From the NCBI RefSeq assembly GCF_012571345.1, contig NZ_CP046218.1, forward strand, positions 337,515-348,642: DNA of 11,128 nt, given 5' to 3'. This DNA is from Candidatus Saccharimonadota bacterium (lineage in GTDB: Bacteria; Pseudomonadota; Gammaproteobacteria; Enterobacterales; Enterobacteriaceae). The position numbers and the translations under genes are program-made. Under the pieces are notes generated by a model. It was not told where the DNA came from. It ran no database searches and saw only the letters and a program-made list of their open reading frames with translations. Below, piece by piece: positions 1 to 7,582 of this stretch. Positions within the stretch are counted from its first letter, which is position 1. Every line of letters begins with the position of its first letter.

Positions 1-389
1 GCTAATTTACTCACGATATGCATCGTATCAGGAGTAGCAATAACAGTATTAATTTTTTTTATTATTATTCTTTTGCTAATTTTAGTTGCTAAATCTTCCA
101 TGCCAATATATTCAGCACCAGCTTGTTTTGCTTGTATTGCATCTTCTCCTGTAGCAAACACAGCTACATATTTTTTTTGTCCATTATGATATGGTAATAT
201 CACATTACCACGTATATTTTGTTCTGTCTTTTTAGGATCAATACCTAACATAATAACTAAATCTATACTTTCAATAAACTTTACTATACTCATTTTTTTT
301 AGATGAATAATAGCATCTTCTAATACAGCTTGTGTTAATTTACTTTTTTGTGTGTAAAGTGCAGACATGCGCTTTGTGTATCTAACCAT
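1..389 (-). CDS. rplA: 50S ribosomal protein L1, N-terminal ~129 codons (3' part runs off the left window edge)
   Basis: A manual reverse-complement translation from the ATG at 389..387 is open to position 1. It reads MVRYTKRMSALYTQKSKLTQAVLEDAIIHLKKMSIVKFIESIDLVIMLGIDPKKTEQNIRGNVILPYHNGQKKYVAVFATGEDAIQAKQAGAEYIGMEDLATKI... This is colinear with E. coli L1 (MAKLTKRM...AKFVESVDVAVNLGID...QNVRG...VAVF...AGAE.VGMEDLA). It starts 5 nt after the rplK stop, the canonical rplKA order. It is absent from the ORF track because it is truncated. Confidence 0.93.
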   Translation of the reverse strand, partial: MVRYTKRMSALYTQKSKLTQAVLEDAIIHLKKMSIVKFIESIDLVIMLGIDPKKTEQNIRGNVILPYHNGQKKYVAVFATGEDAIQAKQAGAEYIGMEDLATKISKRIIIKKINTVIATPDTMHIVSKL

Positions 390-394
390 ATATT

Positions 395-829
395 TTATTC
401 CTTTGTCTCCACAACTATCCCCATAGATAATGCTGTTCCTTCTATGGAACGCATTATAGCATTTATATCTGCTCCAGTCATATCAACAGATTTATATTGT
501 GCGATATCATGTATTTGCGCGTGTGTAATAGTACCAATATTTTCTGTTTTAGGTTTATTAGCACCTTTTTTTATATCTAATATTTTTTTTATCATGACTG
601 ATGCAGGTGAAGTTTTAGTTATAAAAGTAAAAGATTTATCTATATAAATAGTAATAATCACGGGTATAGGCATACCTTTTTCTAAATTTTTAGTTCGCGT
701 ATTAAATATTTTACAAAATTCCATAATATTAACTCCGTGCTGTCCTAGTGCCGGTCCAATGGGCGGGCTAGGATTAGCTATTCCTGCAGGAATTTGTAAT
801 TTTACATAGGTTTTAATTTTTTTTGCCAT
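395..829 (-). CDS. rplK: 50S ribosomal protein L11
   Basis: A 144-aa ORF starting [43 protein letters not shown]. This is the highly conserved L11 N-terminal domain motif (PAGxAxPxPPxGPALGQxGVNIMxFCKxFN). ATG at 829..827 and TAA at 397..395. Confidence 0.97.
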   Translation of the reverse strand: MAKKIKTYVKLQIPAGIANPSPPIGPALGQHGVNIMEFCKIFNTRTKNLEKGMPIPVIITIYIDKSFTFITKTSPASVMIKKILDIKKGANKPKTENIGTITHAQIHDIAQYKSVDMTGADINAIMRSIEGTALSMGIVVETKE

Positions 830-872
830 ATTACATATTTCCTTTTATATTAAAATATATTAAATATAATTA

Positions 873-1418
873 TTATCCTTTTTCTACTTGACTAAAATTT
901 AAATCTACTGGAGTAGAACGTCCAAAAATAGAAACTGAAACTTTTAAACGACTTTTTTCATAATCTACTTCCTCGACCACACCATTAAAATCTGCAAATG
1001 GTCCATCATTTACTCTAATCATCTCACCAGGCTCAAATAATGTCTTTGGTCTAGGTTTATTACCAATTTGCTGCAAACGATTAATGATTATATCTACTTC
1101 TTTATCACTAATAGGTGCTGGATTATCCGATACACCTCCTATAAAACCTAAAACTTTAGGTATATTACGCACTAAATGCCAACTAGTTTCTTTCATAATC
1201 ATATTAACTAATATGTATCCTGGAAAAAATTTACGATCACTTCTATATTTTTGTCCATTACGTATTTCTATAATAGCCTCAGTCGGAACTAAAATTTCTC
1301 CAAAAAAATCTTCCATTTTATGTATTTTAATATATTCTCGCAATGATTGAGCTACACGACTTTCAAAACCAGAACGTGCTTGTATAACATACCATTTTTT
1401 TTGACAAGACCGAAACAT
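873..1418 (-). CDS. nusG: transcription termination/antitermination factor NusG
   Basis: A 181-aa ORF, the same length as E. coli NusG and near-identical over long stretches (KKWYV.QA.SGFE...KFFPGY.LV.M......WHLVR..P.V.GFIGG....[73 protein letters not shown]). Confidence 0.97.
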   Translation of the reverse strand: MFRSCQKKWYVIQARSGFESRVAQSLREYIKIHKMEDFFGEILVPTEAIIEIRNGQKYRSDRKFFPGYILVNMIMKETSWHLVRNIPKVLGFIGGVSDNPAPISDKEVDIIINRLQQIGNKPRPKTLFEPGEMIRVNDGPFADFNGVVEEVDYEKSRLKVSVSIFGRSTPVDLNFSQVEKG

Positions 1419-1428
1419 ATAATAAACC

Positions 1429-1809
1429 TCATCTAATTAAAAAAGATATTAAATAAATTAAGGAATAATCTAACAACCAGAGAATCATAGAAATTATCAC
1501 AGTTACTATAAATACAATAAATGTCATTTGTAAAGTTTCTATATATGTCGGCCAAAAAATTTTTTGTACTTCTATAATAGATTTTTTTATAAATATGGAA
1601 ATTGTTTTACATTTTTTAGTAGATAAAATAACATAACCCATACATATCATTAATACACTAACTAAAAGATCACGAAATATCTCTTGTATATTTTGATATA
1701 TATAATTATATATTATAATTAATACTAACAATACTATACTAATAGTCCATTTTATATATTCGATTATATATGCAGCTATATGTCTCTTATTAAAACCTAA
1801 AAAATTCAT
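1429..1809 (-). CDS. secE: preprotein translocase subunit SecE
   Basis: A 126-aa hydrophobic ORF with three predicted TM stretches (E. coli SecE is 127 aa). The cytoplasmic loop/TM3 motif is conserved ([19 protein letters not shown] vs E. coli [20 protein letters not shown]). It lies immediately upstream of nusG with a 10-nt gap, the canonical secE-nusG order. Confidence 0.9.
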   Translation of the reverse strand: MNFLGFNKRHIAAYIIEYIKWTISIVLLVLIIIYNYIYQNIQEIFRDLLVSVLMICMGYVILSTKKCKTISIFIKKSIIEVQKIFWPTYIETLQMTFIVFIVTVIISMILWLLDYSLIYLISFLIR

Positions 1810-1918
1810 TTTAGATTAACCAATAAAATAAATTAATAGAATTACTATGTAATAATATGTAAATTATAAACAATATTTGCTGTTTAATAAACATATATAA
1901 CATAATAATTTTTTTTAA

Positions 1919-1945
1919 AAGGGAAATTTTATATTAAATTCCCTT
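1919..1945 (-). terminator. weak hairpin 26 nt downstream of the tuf stop; possible leaky intrinsic terminator or attenuator before secE
   Basis: The minus-strand RNA reads AAGGGAAUUU-AAUAUA-AAA(U)UUCCCUU. There are 7 contiguous bp including the only three G-C pairs in this spacer, then 3 more A-U pairs after a 1-nt bulge, with a 6-nt loop. It is followed by only UU (a CCCUUUU context) and then A8. The U-tract is short and the stem mostly A-U, so the strength is doubtful. Confidence 0.3.
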
Positions 1946-1970
1946 ATATTAACTAATAAGTTATCAATAA

Positions 1971-3155
1971 TTATTCTATAATTTTTGTTACTACTCCTGC
2001 ACCTACAGTATGTCCGCCTTCACGAATAGCAAAACGCAAACCATCAGACATAGCTATAGGATGTATTAATGTTACGTTCATGTGTATATTATCTCCCGGC
2101 ATAACCATTTCTATTTCTTTAGGTAATTCTATAGTACCAGTTACATCTGTTGTTCTAAAATAAAATTGTGGACGATAACCTTTAAAAAAAGCTGTATGTC
2201 GTCCACCTTCATCTTTAGTTAAGATATACACTTCAGCTTCAAATTTTATATGTGGTTTTATGGAACCTGGTTTAGCTAAAACTTGACCTCTTTCAATATC
2301 TTCTCTTTTGACACCTCTTAATAAAATACCAACATTTTCTCCAGCTCTTCCTTCATCTAATAATTTACGAAACATTTCTACACCCGTACAAGTAGATTTT
2401 GTTGTTTTTTTAATACCTACAATTTCTACTTCTTCACCTACTTTAATAATACCGCGTTCAATTCTACCAGTAACTACTGTTCCTCTGCCAGAAATAGAAA
2501 ACACATCTTCAATTGGTAATAAAAATGGTTGCTGTATGGCTCTAACTGGTTCTGGAATATAATCATCTAAACATTTTGCTAATTCAACAATTTTTTTACT
2601 CCAATAAAGATCTCCTTCTAAAGCTTTTAATGCTGATCCATGAATAATAGGAGTAGTTTCGCCTGGAAAATCATATTGTGATAACAAATCACGTACTTCC
2701 ATTTCTACTAATTCTAATAATTCTGCATCATCTACCATATCACATTTATTTAAAAAGACTATAATATATGGCACGCCTACTTGTCGTGCTAATAAAATAT
2801 GTTCTCTTGTTTGGGGCATTGGTCCATCAGTAGCTGCAACAACTAATATTGCTCCGTCCATTTGAGCAGCTCCTGTAATCATATTTTTAATATAATCTGC
2901 ATGTCCTGGACAATCTACATGAGCATAATGCCTTTTTTTAGTATCATATTCGACATGAGAAGTATTAATAGTAATTCCTCTTTCTTTTTCTTCAGGAGCA
3001 TTATCAATTTGTTCAAATGATTTTGCAGAGCCGCCGTATTTTTTTGATAAAACTGTTGTAATAGCAGCTGTTAATGTTGTTTTACCATGATCAACATGTC
3101 CTATAGTACCAACATTGATATGTGGTTTAGAACGTTCAAACTTTTCTTTAGCCAT
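1971..3155 (-). CDS. tuf: translation elongation factor EF-Tu
   Basis: A 394-aa ORF, the same length as E. coli EF-Tu. It carries the GTPase motifs [14 protein letters not shown] and NKCD and is near-identical throughout ([32 protein letters not shown]...). Confidence 0.98.
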   Translation of the reverse strand: MAKEKFERSKPHINVGTIGHVDHGKTTLTAAITTVLSKKYGGSAKSFEQIDNAPEEKERGITINTSHVEYDTKKRHYAHVDCPGHADYIKNMITGAAQMDGAILVVAATDGPMPQTREHILLARQVGVPYIIVFLNKCDMVDDAELLELVEMEVRDLLSQYDFPGETTPIIHGSALKALEGDLYWSKKIVELAKCLDDYIPEPVRAIQQPFLLPIEDVFSISGRGTVVTGRIERGIIKVGEEVEIVGIKKTTKSTCTGVEMFRKLLDEGRAGENVGILLRGVKREDIERGQVLAKPGSIKPHIKFEAEVYILTKDEGGRHTAFFKGYRPQFYFRTTDVTGTIELPKEIEMVMPGDNIHMNVTLIHPIAMSDGLRFAIREGGHTVGAGVVTKIIE

Positions 3156-3214
3156 AAATAAATTCCCTAATTATTAGGTTGTTGATTAAAAAATTTATTA
3201 AAATGATATATTTA

Positions 3215-5320
3215 TCATATGTTTTTTGTTTCTATAATATTTTTTACAATATTATGTGGTGTTTCGGTATATTTTAAAAATTCCATGGTATAAGAAGCTC
3301 TTCCTTGCGTATACGATCTTAAATTAGTAGCATATCCAAACATTTCTGATAATGGAACACAAGCACGTATAATATGGCTATTAGCAATATGTCGCATGCC
3401 TTCTATTATGCCTCTCCTACGGTTTAAATCTCCAATAACATCACCCATATATTCTTCTGGAGTATCAACTTCTACTATCATAATAGGTTCTAATAGTACA
3501 GGATTAGCTTGTTTAAACGCAATTTTAAATGCTATAGATGCAGCTAATTTAAATGCTAACTCTGACGAATCTACATCATGATATGAACCAAAATGTAATC
3601 TTATTGCTATATTAACTACTGGATACCCAGCCATTGGACCAGATTTTAGTTGTTCTTGTATACTTTTATCTATCGCTGTAATATACTCACTAGGTATTAC
3701 ACCACCTTTTATATCATTAGTAAACAAATAACTAGCATTATTTTTATTGGATTCTAATGGCGATATATCTATGACAACATGACCGTATTGTCCCCGACCT
3801 CCTGTTTGTTTAATATATTTACCTTCTATATTATAAACATTGCTTTTAATGGTTTCACGATAAGATACTTGTGGTTTGCCTATATTGGCAGAAACATTAA
3901 ATTCTCTTTTCATCCTATCTACAATAATTTCTAAATGTAATTCTCCCATACCCGCAATAATCGTTTGATTTGTTTCTTTATCTATCCAAGTTCTTAAAGA
4001 AGGATCTTCTTTAATTAATCTATTTAACGCTAAACCCATCTTTTCTTGATCTATTTTAGTTTTTGGTTCTATAGCAATAGAAATTACAGGTTCTGGAAAC
4101 TCCATTTTTTCTAAAATAATATTATTTTGTATATCGCATAAAGTATCACCTGTAGTAACATTTCTTAAACCAATAGCAGCAGCAATATCACCAGAATAAA
4201 CTTTTTTAATTTCTTCTCTTTTATTAGCATGCATTTGCACTAATCTACCAATGCGTTCTTTTTGTTTTTTAATAGAATTTAAAATAACATCTCCACTATT
4301 AACTGTACCAGAATACACTCTAAAAAAAGTTAAATTACCGACAAAAGGATCGTTAGCAATTTTGAATGCTAATGCCGCAAATGGTTCCTTATCATGTGTT
4401 TTACGTATTAAATTTTGTTTTGTAGATACATCTTGAATAGGCGGTATATCCATAGGAGAAGGTAAATAATCAATAATAGCATCTAATAAAGATTGTACGC
4501 CTTTATTTTTAAAAGCAGATCCACATGTGATTAAAGTAATTTCATTGTTTAATACTCTTGTTCTTAGTGCAGTTTTAATTTCTTTTTCTGTAATATCATT
4601 ATTATTAAAATATTTTTCCATTAAATTATCATTTGTTTCTACTGCTGCTTCTATAAGTTTTTGACGCCAAAATTGAAATAATTTTGTCATATTTTTTGGT
4701 ATTATATCGTAATAACAATTTATACCATATTTTTTTTCATCCCAATACATTGCTTTCATTTTAATTAAATCAATGATACCTGTAAAATTATCTTCGGAAC
4801 CAATAGGTATTTGTAATGGTATTGCAATCGTAGATAAATTATTTTTTATTTGTTCTATAACATTAAAAAAATTAGCTCCTATACGATCCATTTTATTTAC
4901 AAATGCAATTCTAGGTACTTTATATTTATTAGCTTGTTTCCATACAGTTTCAGATTGAGGTTGTACACCGCCAACTGCACAGTAAATCATTACAACACCA
5001 TCTAATATTCTCATAGATCTTTCAACTTCTATAGTAAAATCAACATGTCCTGGAGTATCAATAATATTAATTCTATGCATATTATATTGATTAAACATTC
5101 CTGACCAAAATGCTGTAGTTGCGGCAGATGTTATAGTAATACCTCTTTCTTGTTCTTGTTCCATCCAATCCATAGTTGCTGCGCCATCATGAACTTCACC
5201 TATTTTGTGATTAACCCCAGTATAAAATAAAATTCTCTCGGTAGTGGTGGTTTTACCCGCATCAATATGCGCACTAATGCCAATATTACGATATTGTGTG
5301 ATAGGAGTAGTACGACTCAT
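3215..5320 (-). CDS. fusA: translation elongation factor EF-G
   Basis: A 701-aa ORF starting [33 protein letters not shown], with DTPGHVDFT and NKMDR G-motifs. It is colinear with E. coli EF-G (704 aa). An AGAGG Shine-Dalgarno-like sequence precedes the ATG at 5320..5318. Confidence 0.98.
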   Translation of the reverse strand: MSRTTPITQYRNIGISAHIDAGKTTTTERILFYTGVNHKIGEVHDGAATMDWMEQEQERGITITSAATTAFWSGMFNQYNMHRINIIDTPGHVDFTIEVERSMRILDGVVMIYCAVGGVQPQSETVWKQANKYKVPRIAFVNKMDRIGANFFNVIEQIKNNLSTIAIPLQIPIGSEDNFTGIIDLIKMKAMYWDEKKYGINCYYDIIPKNMTKLFQFWRQKLIEAAVETNDNLMEKYFNNNDITEKEIKTALRTRVLNNEITLITCGSAFKNKGVQSLLDAIIDYLPSPMDIPPIQDVSTKQNLIRKTHDKEPFAALAFKIANDPFVGNLTFFRVYSGTVNSGDVILNSIKKQKERIGRLVQMHANKREEIKKVYSGDIAAAIGLRNVTTGDTLCDIQNNIILEKMEFPEPVISIAIEPKTKIDQEKMGLALNRLIKEDPSLRTWIDKETNQTIIAGMGELHLEIIVDRMKREFNVSANIGKPQVSYRETIKSNVYNIEGKYIKQTGGRGQYGHVVIDISPLESNKNNASYLFTNDIKGGVIPSEYITAIDKSIQEQLKSGPMAGYPVVNIAIRLHFGSYHDVDSSELAFKLAASIAFKIAFKQANPVLLEPIMIVEVDTPEEYMGDVIGDLNRRRGIIEGMRHIANSHIIRACVPLSEMFGYATNLRSYTQGRASYTMEFLKYTETPHNIVKNIIETKNI

Positions 5321-5443
5321 ATGAAACCTCTGATTATAATATATAAAACATAAAGATCAATTTTTCATATTAACATGGTAAAATAATATATATTTTATAT
5401 TTAAAATTTCTATTCATAACTTATATGCAATAAGGTATGATAA

Positions 5444-5914
5444 TTACCATCTATAATGTGCAAAGGCTTTATTTGCTTCTGCCATACGATGTACTTCTTC
5501 TTTCTTTTTAATTGCATTGCCTTTTTTATTTATTGCATCAAACATTTCATATGCTAATTTTAAAATCATAGATTTTTCATTACGTTTTCTAGCTGCATAT
5601 ACTAGCCATTTCATAGCAAGAGTATTTCTTCTAGTAGGTCGTACTTCTACTGGTACTTGATATGTAGAACCGCCTACTCTTCTAGATTTAACTTCTACTA
5701 TAGGTTTAATATTTTCTAAGACATGATTAAAAACATCTAAAATACTCATAGATCTTTTTTCAGAAACTATTTTTAATGCAGAATATACAATATTTGTTGC
5801 TACAGATTTTTTACCATGTAACATAATAATATTAATAAATTTTGATAATAATTCTGAGGAAAATATTGAATCAGGTACAATTTTTCTTTGACTAATAATA
5901 CGTCTACGAGGCAT
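5444..5914 (-). CDS. rpsG: 30S ribosomal protein S7
   Basis: A 156-aa ORF reading MPRRR......PD..F.SEL..KF.N..M..GKKS.A..IVY.A...V......[33 protein letters not shown]......LA.E..DA......[19 protein letters not shown]. It ends with the canonical AHYRW terminus seen in 156-aa S7 forms. Confidence 0.97.
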   Translation of the reverse strand: MPRRRIISQRKIVPDSIFSSELLSKFINIIMLHGKKSVATNIVYSALKIVSEKRSMSILDVFNHVLENIKPIVEVKSRRVGGSTYQVPVEVRPTRRNTLAMKWLVYAARKRNEKSMILKLAYEMFDAINKKGNAIKKKEEVHRMAEANKAFAHYRW

Positions 5915-5951
5915 AATATGTCTTCCATATTTATTATATTAAATTAAAATA

Positions 5952-6323
5952 TCATTTAGTTTGTTTAACACCATATTTTGAACGACCTTTTTTACGATTT
6001 TTTACTCCTGAACAATCTAATGTTCCTCTAATAGTATGATAACGCACACCTGGTAAATCTTTTACTCTGCCTCCTCTAATTAAAACTACAGAATGCTCTT
6101 GTAAATTATGACCTTCACCAGCAATATAGGATGTTACTTCATAACCATTTGTTAAACGTACTCTACATACTTTACGTAATGCAGAATTAGGTTTTTTAGG
6201 AGTTGTAGTATATACTTTTGTACATACACCACGTTTTTGAGGACAAGAATTTAGAGCCGGGACATTACTTTTTGTTTTTTTTCTAGTTCTAGGTTTACGT
6301 ACTAACTGATTAATTGTTACCAT
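5952..6323 (-). CDS. rpsL: 30S ribosomal protein S12
   Basis: A 123-aa ORF almost identical to E. coli S12 (NQLVRKPR...[91 protein letters not shown]). The streptomycin-relevant lysines (PKKPNSA, RVKDLPG) are wild-type. Confidence 0.98.
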   Translation of the reverse strand: MVTINQLVRKPRTRKKTKSNVPALNSCPQKRGVCTKVYTTTPKKPNSALRKVCRVRLTNGYEVTSYIAGEGHNLQEHSVVLIRGGRVKDLPGVRYHTIRGTLDCSGVKNRKKGRSKYGVKQTK

Positions 6324-6400
6324 TAAATAAAGTCCTACCGTATATTATGATAAAGTTATTATATAATGTATATTTTAATTATGTATATGTATTTTTAACA

Positions 6401-6703
6401 TTATGACCATAATATTTGCTGTTTATGTTTAATAGTTAAGCTAACAAATTTGTTGTAATCTATAATAATAATTTCTTTACTAAAATTATTTAATAATCCT
6501 CTAGCTGTAATATCATCGTGTATAGCAAATATGGATATTTTTTTTTGAGATTTAATTTGTTTTATCTTTTTATGAAAAAAACTATTAGATAAACCTGCTA
6601 AAATACCATCTTGTATTAAGATAAGATCATCATTTTTATTTAAAATATCTAATAATATAATAAAATTACAATGTAATGGTGAATTTGATAAAATATACAA
6701 CAT
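6401..6703 (-). CDS. tusB: tRNA 2-thiouridine synthesis sulfur-relay protein TusB (DsrH family)
   Basis: A 100-aa ORF. MLYILSNSPLHCNFIILLDILNKNDDLILIQDG aligns with E. coli TusB [33 protein letters not shown], and ...DDITARGLL...IIIIDYNKFVSLTIKH aligns with EDLIARGLT...IILIDYTDFVRLTVKH. The position between tusC and rpsL matches E. coli. Confidence 0.87.
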   Translation of the reverse strand: MLYILSNSPLHCNFIILLDILNKNDDLILIQDGILAGLSNSFFHKKIKQIKSQKKISIFAIHDDITARGLLNNFSKEIIIIDYNKFVSLTIKHKQQILWS

Positions 6704-6721
6704 AATAACACTATTTATTTG

Positions 6722-7084
6722 TTAAAAATTCATAATAATATTATAATGATTAATATATTTATTCCATACATTAGGCTGTATATATTTTACAGGTATCACC
6801 CAATTATCTATATGATCACTAATTCCTAACATATTCATTGATTTTTCACATACAAAAAATTTCTTTATATTACATAATAATAGCATTTTAAATGTTAAAC
6901 TTTTATTAGGTAAAAAAATATTTCTTGATTTTTGTTGTGATTTAATTTGCAAAATACCATCAGATATAAAAAATAATGCTATATCCTCAATAAATGAGGA
7001 TATAGAAATAATAACATCCAGTCCTTCTTGTCCAGAATTATTACCATATGGTGCTTTAGAAAAAATAATAGCTACATTATTCAT
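6722..7084 (-). CDS. tusC: tRNA 2-thiouridine synthesis sulfur-relay protein TusC (DsrF family)
   Basis: A 120-aa ORF (E. coli TusC is 119 aa). MNNVAIIFSKAPYGNNSGQEGLDVIISIS.F.EDIALFFISDGILQ aligns with [46 protein letters not shown]. The C-terminus NHYNIIMNF aligns with ANYDVILRF. Its ATG (7084..7082) overlaps the tusD stop TAA (7086..7084) as TAATG, suggesting translational coupling. Confidence 0.87.
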   Translation of the reverse strand: MNNVAIIFSKAPYGNNSGQEGLDVIISISSFIEDIALFFISDGILQIKSQQKSRNIFLPNKSLTFKMLLLCNIKKFFVCEKSMNMLGISDHIDNWVIPVKYIQPNVWNKYINHYNIIMNF

Positions 7085-7470
7085 TAAAATTGTACAAAAC
7101 GATCACAAGATAATATAAAATTTGTTAATGTTACTAAATTAGTAATTTTAAAATTGTTATTTATTAACATAAAATTTTCATTTTGTTTATATAAAATTTT
7201 TTCACATTCCAAACCTCTTTGAACTAGAGATTTTACACATATAAATAATTCTATACTATATTTTATACTTAATTCTATCCATAACTGTGTCAAACTTAAT
7301 CTGCCTTTAATAATAAAGTTGTTATTAGCGTTATATACACCATCACAATAAAAAAATATGTTTTTTAAACAATGTTTTCCTTGCAGTAATAATGCTTTAG
7401 CAAAACAATATGCAGAATAAGCATTCTGTGTATTAAATGGCGCTTTTGTTACTAACAGCACAAAAGTCAT
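7084..7470 (-). CDS. tusD: tRNA 2-thiouridine synthesis sulfurtransferase TusD (DsrE family)
   Basis: The ORF track gives 139 aa from a TTG at 7503. Homology begins at the internal ATG at 7470..7468: MTFVLLVTKAPFNTQNAYSAYCFAKALLLQGKH...IFFYCDGVYNAN aligns with E. coli TusD [33 protein letters not shown]...VFFYREGVYNAN. That start gives 128 aa, the E. coli length, and is preceded by AAGG 8 nt upstream. The catalytic-Cys context is conserved (LFICVKSLVQRG vs LNICVAAALRRG), as is the CDR.VQF C-terminus. Confidence 0.85.
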   Translation of the reverse strand: MTFVLLVTKAPFNTQNAYSAYCFAKALLLQGKHCLKNIFFYCDGVYNANNNFIIKGRLSLTQLWIELSIKYSIELFICVKSLVQRGLECEKILYKQNENFMLINNNFKITNLVTLTNFILSCDRFVQF

Positions 7471-7582
7471 ATAAAGTACCTTATGAAGATTAAATATCAA
7501 CAAGCCAAAAGATAAAAATTATGTTATACAATATCATTAATAATGTTATTTATTATTTTTTTTGTTATAAAAAATTTCATTT

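Noticed and set aside
348-647. Plus-strand ORFs in the track that lie antisense to conserved genes. These are 348..647, 1084..1350, 2308..2562, 3396..3581, 4251..4436, 4773..4958, 8193..8375, 10264..10473 and 10644..10838.
   Set aside because: Each lies entirely opposite a strongly conserved minus-strand gene. Their translations are low-complexity (Ile/Phe/Ser/Cys-rich) with no recognisable motif and no ribosome-binding context. They are best explained as chance shadow ORFs of the sense-strand codon pattern.
1810-1970. Possible tRNA genes in the tuf-secE spacer, since the tufB locus in E. coli is associated with a tRNA cluster.
   Set aside because: The spacer is almost pure A/T, with no GC-containing acceptor or anticodon stems and no GTTC-type T-loop. 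In E. coli the tRNAs lie upstream of tufB, not between tufB and secE.
5321-5443. A relatively long (123-bp) rpsG-fusA spacer as a possible hidden small gene, ncRNA or regulatory leader.
   Set aside because: It has no ORF with a start/RBS context, no stable GC-containing structure and no repeats. The length is comparable to the spacer expected in E. coli lineages with the 156-aa S7 form.
7471-7503. An 11-codon N-terminal extension of the tusD ORF (track start at 7503).
   Set aside because: The track start is a TTG. Homology to E. coli TusD begins precisely at the ATG at 7470 and gives the expected 128 aa, with an AAGG upstream. The extension (LIFNLHKVLY) matches nothing.
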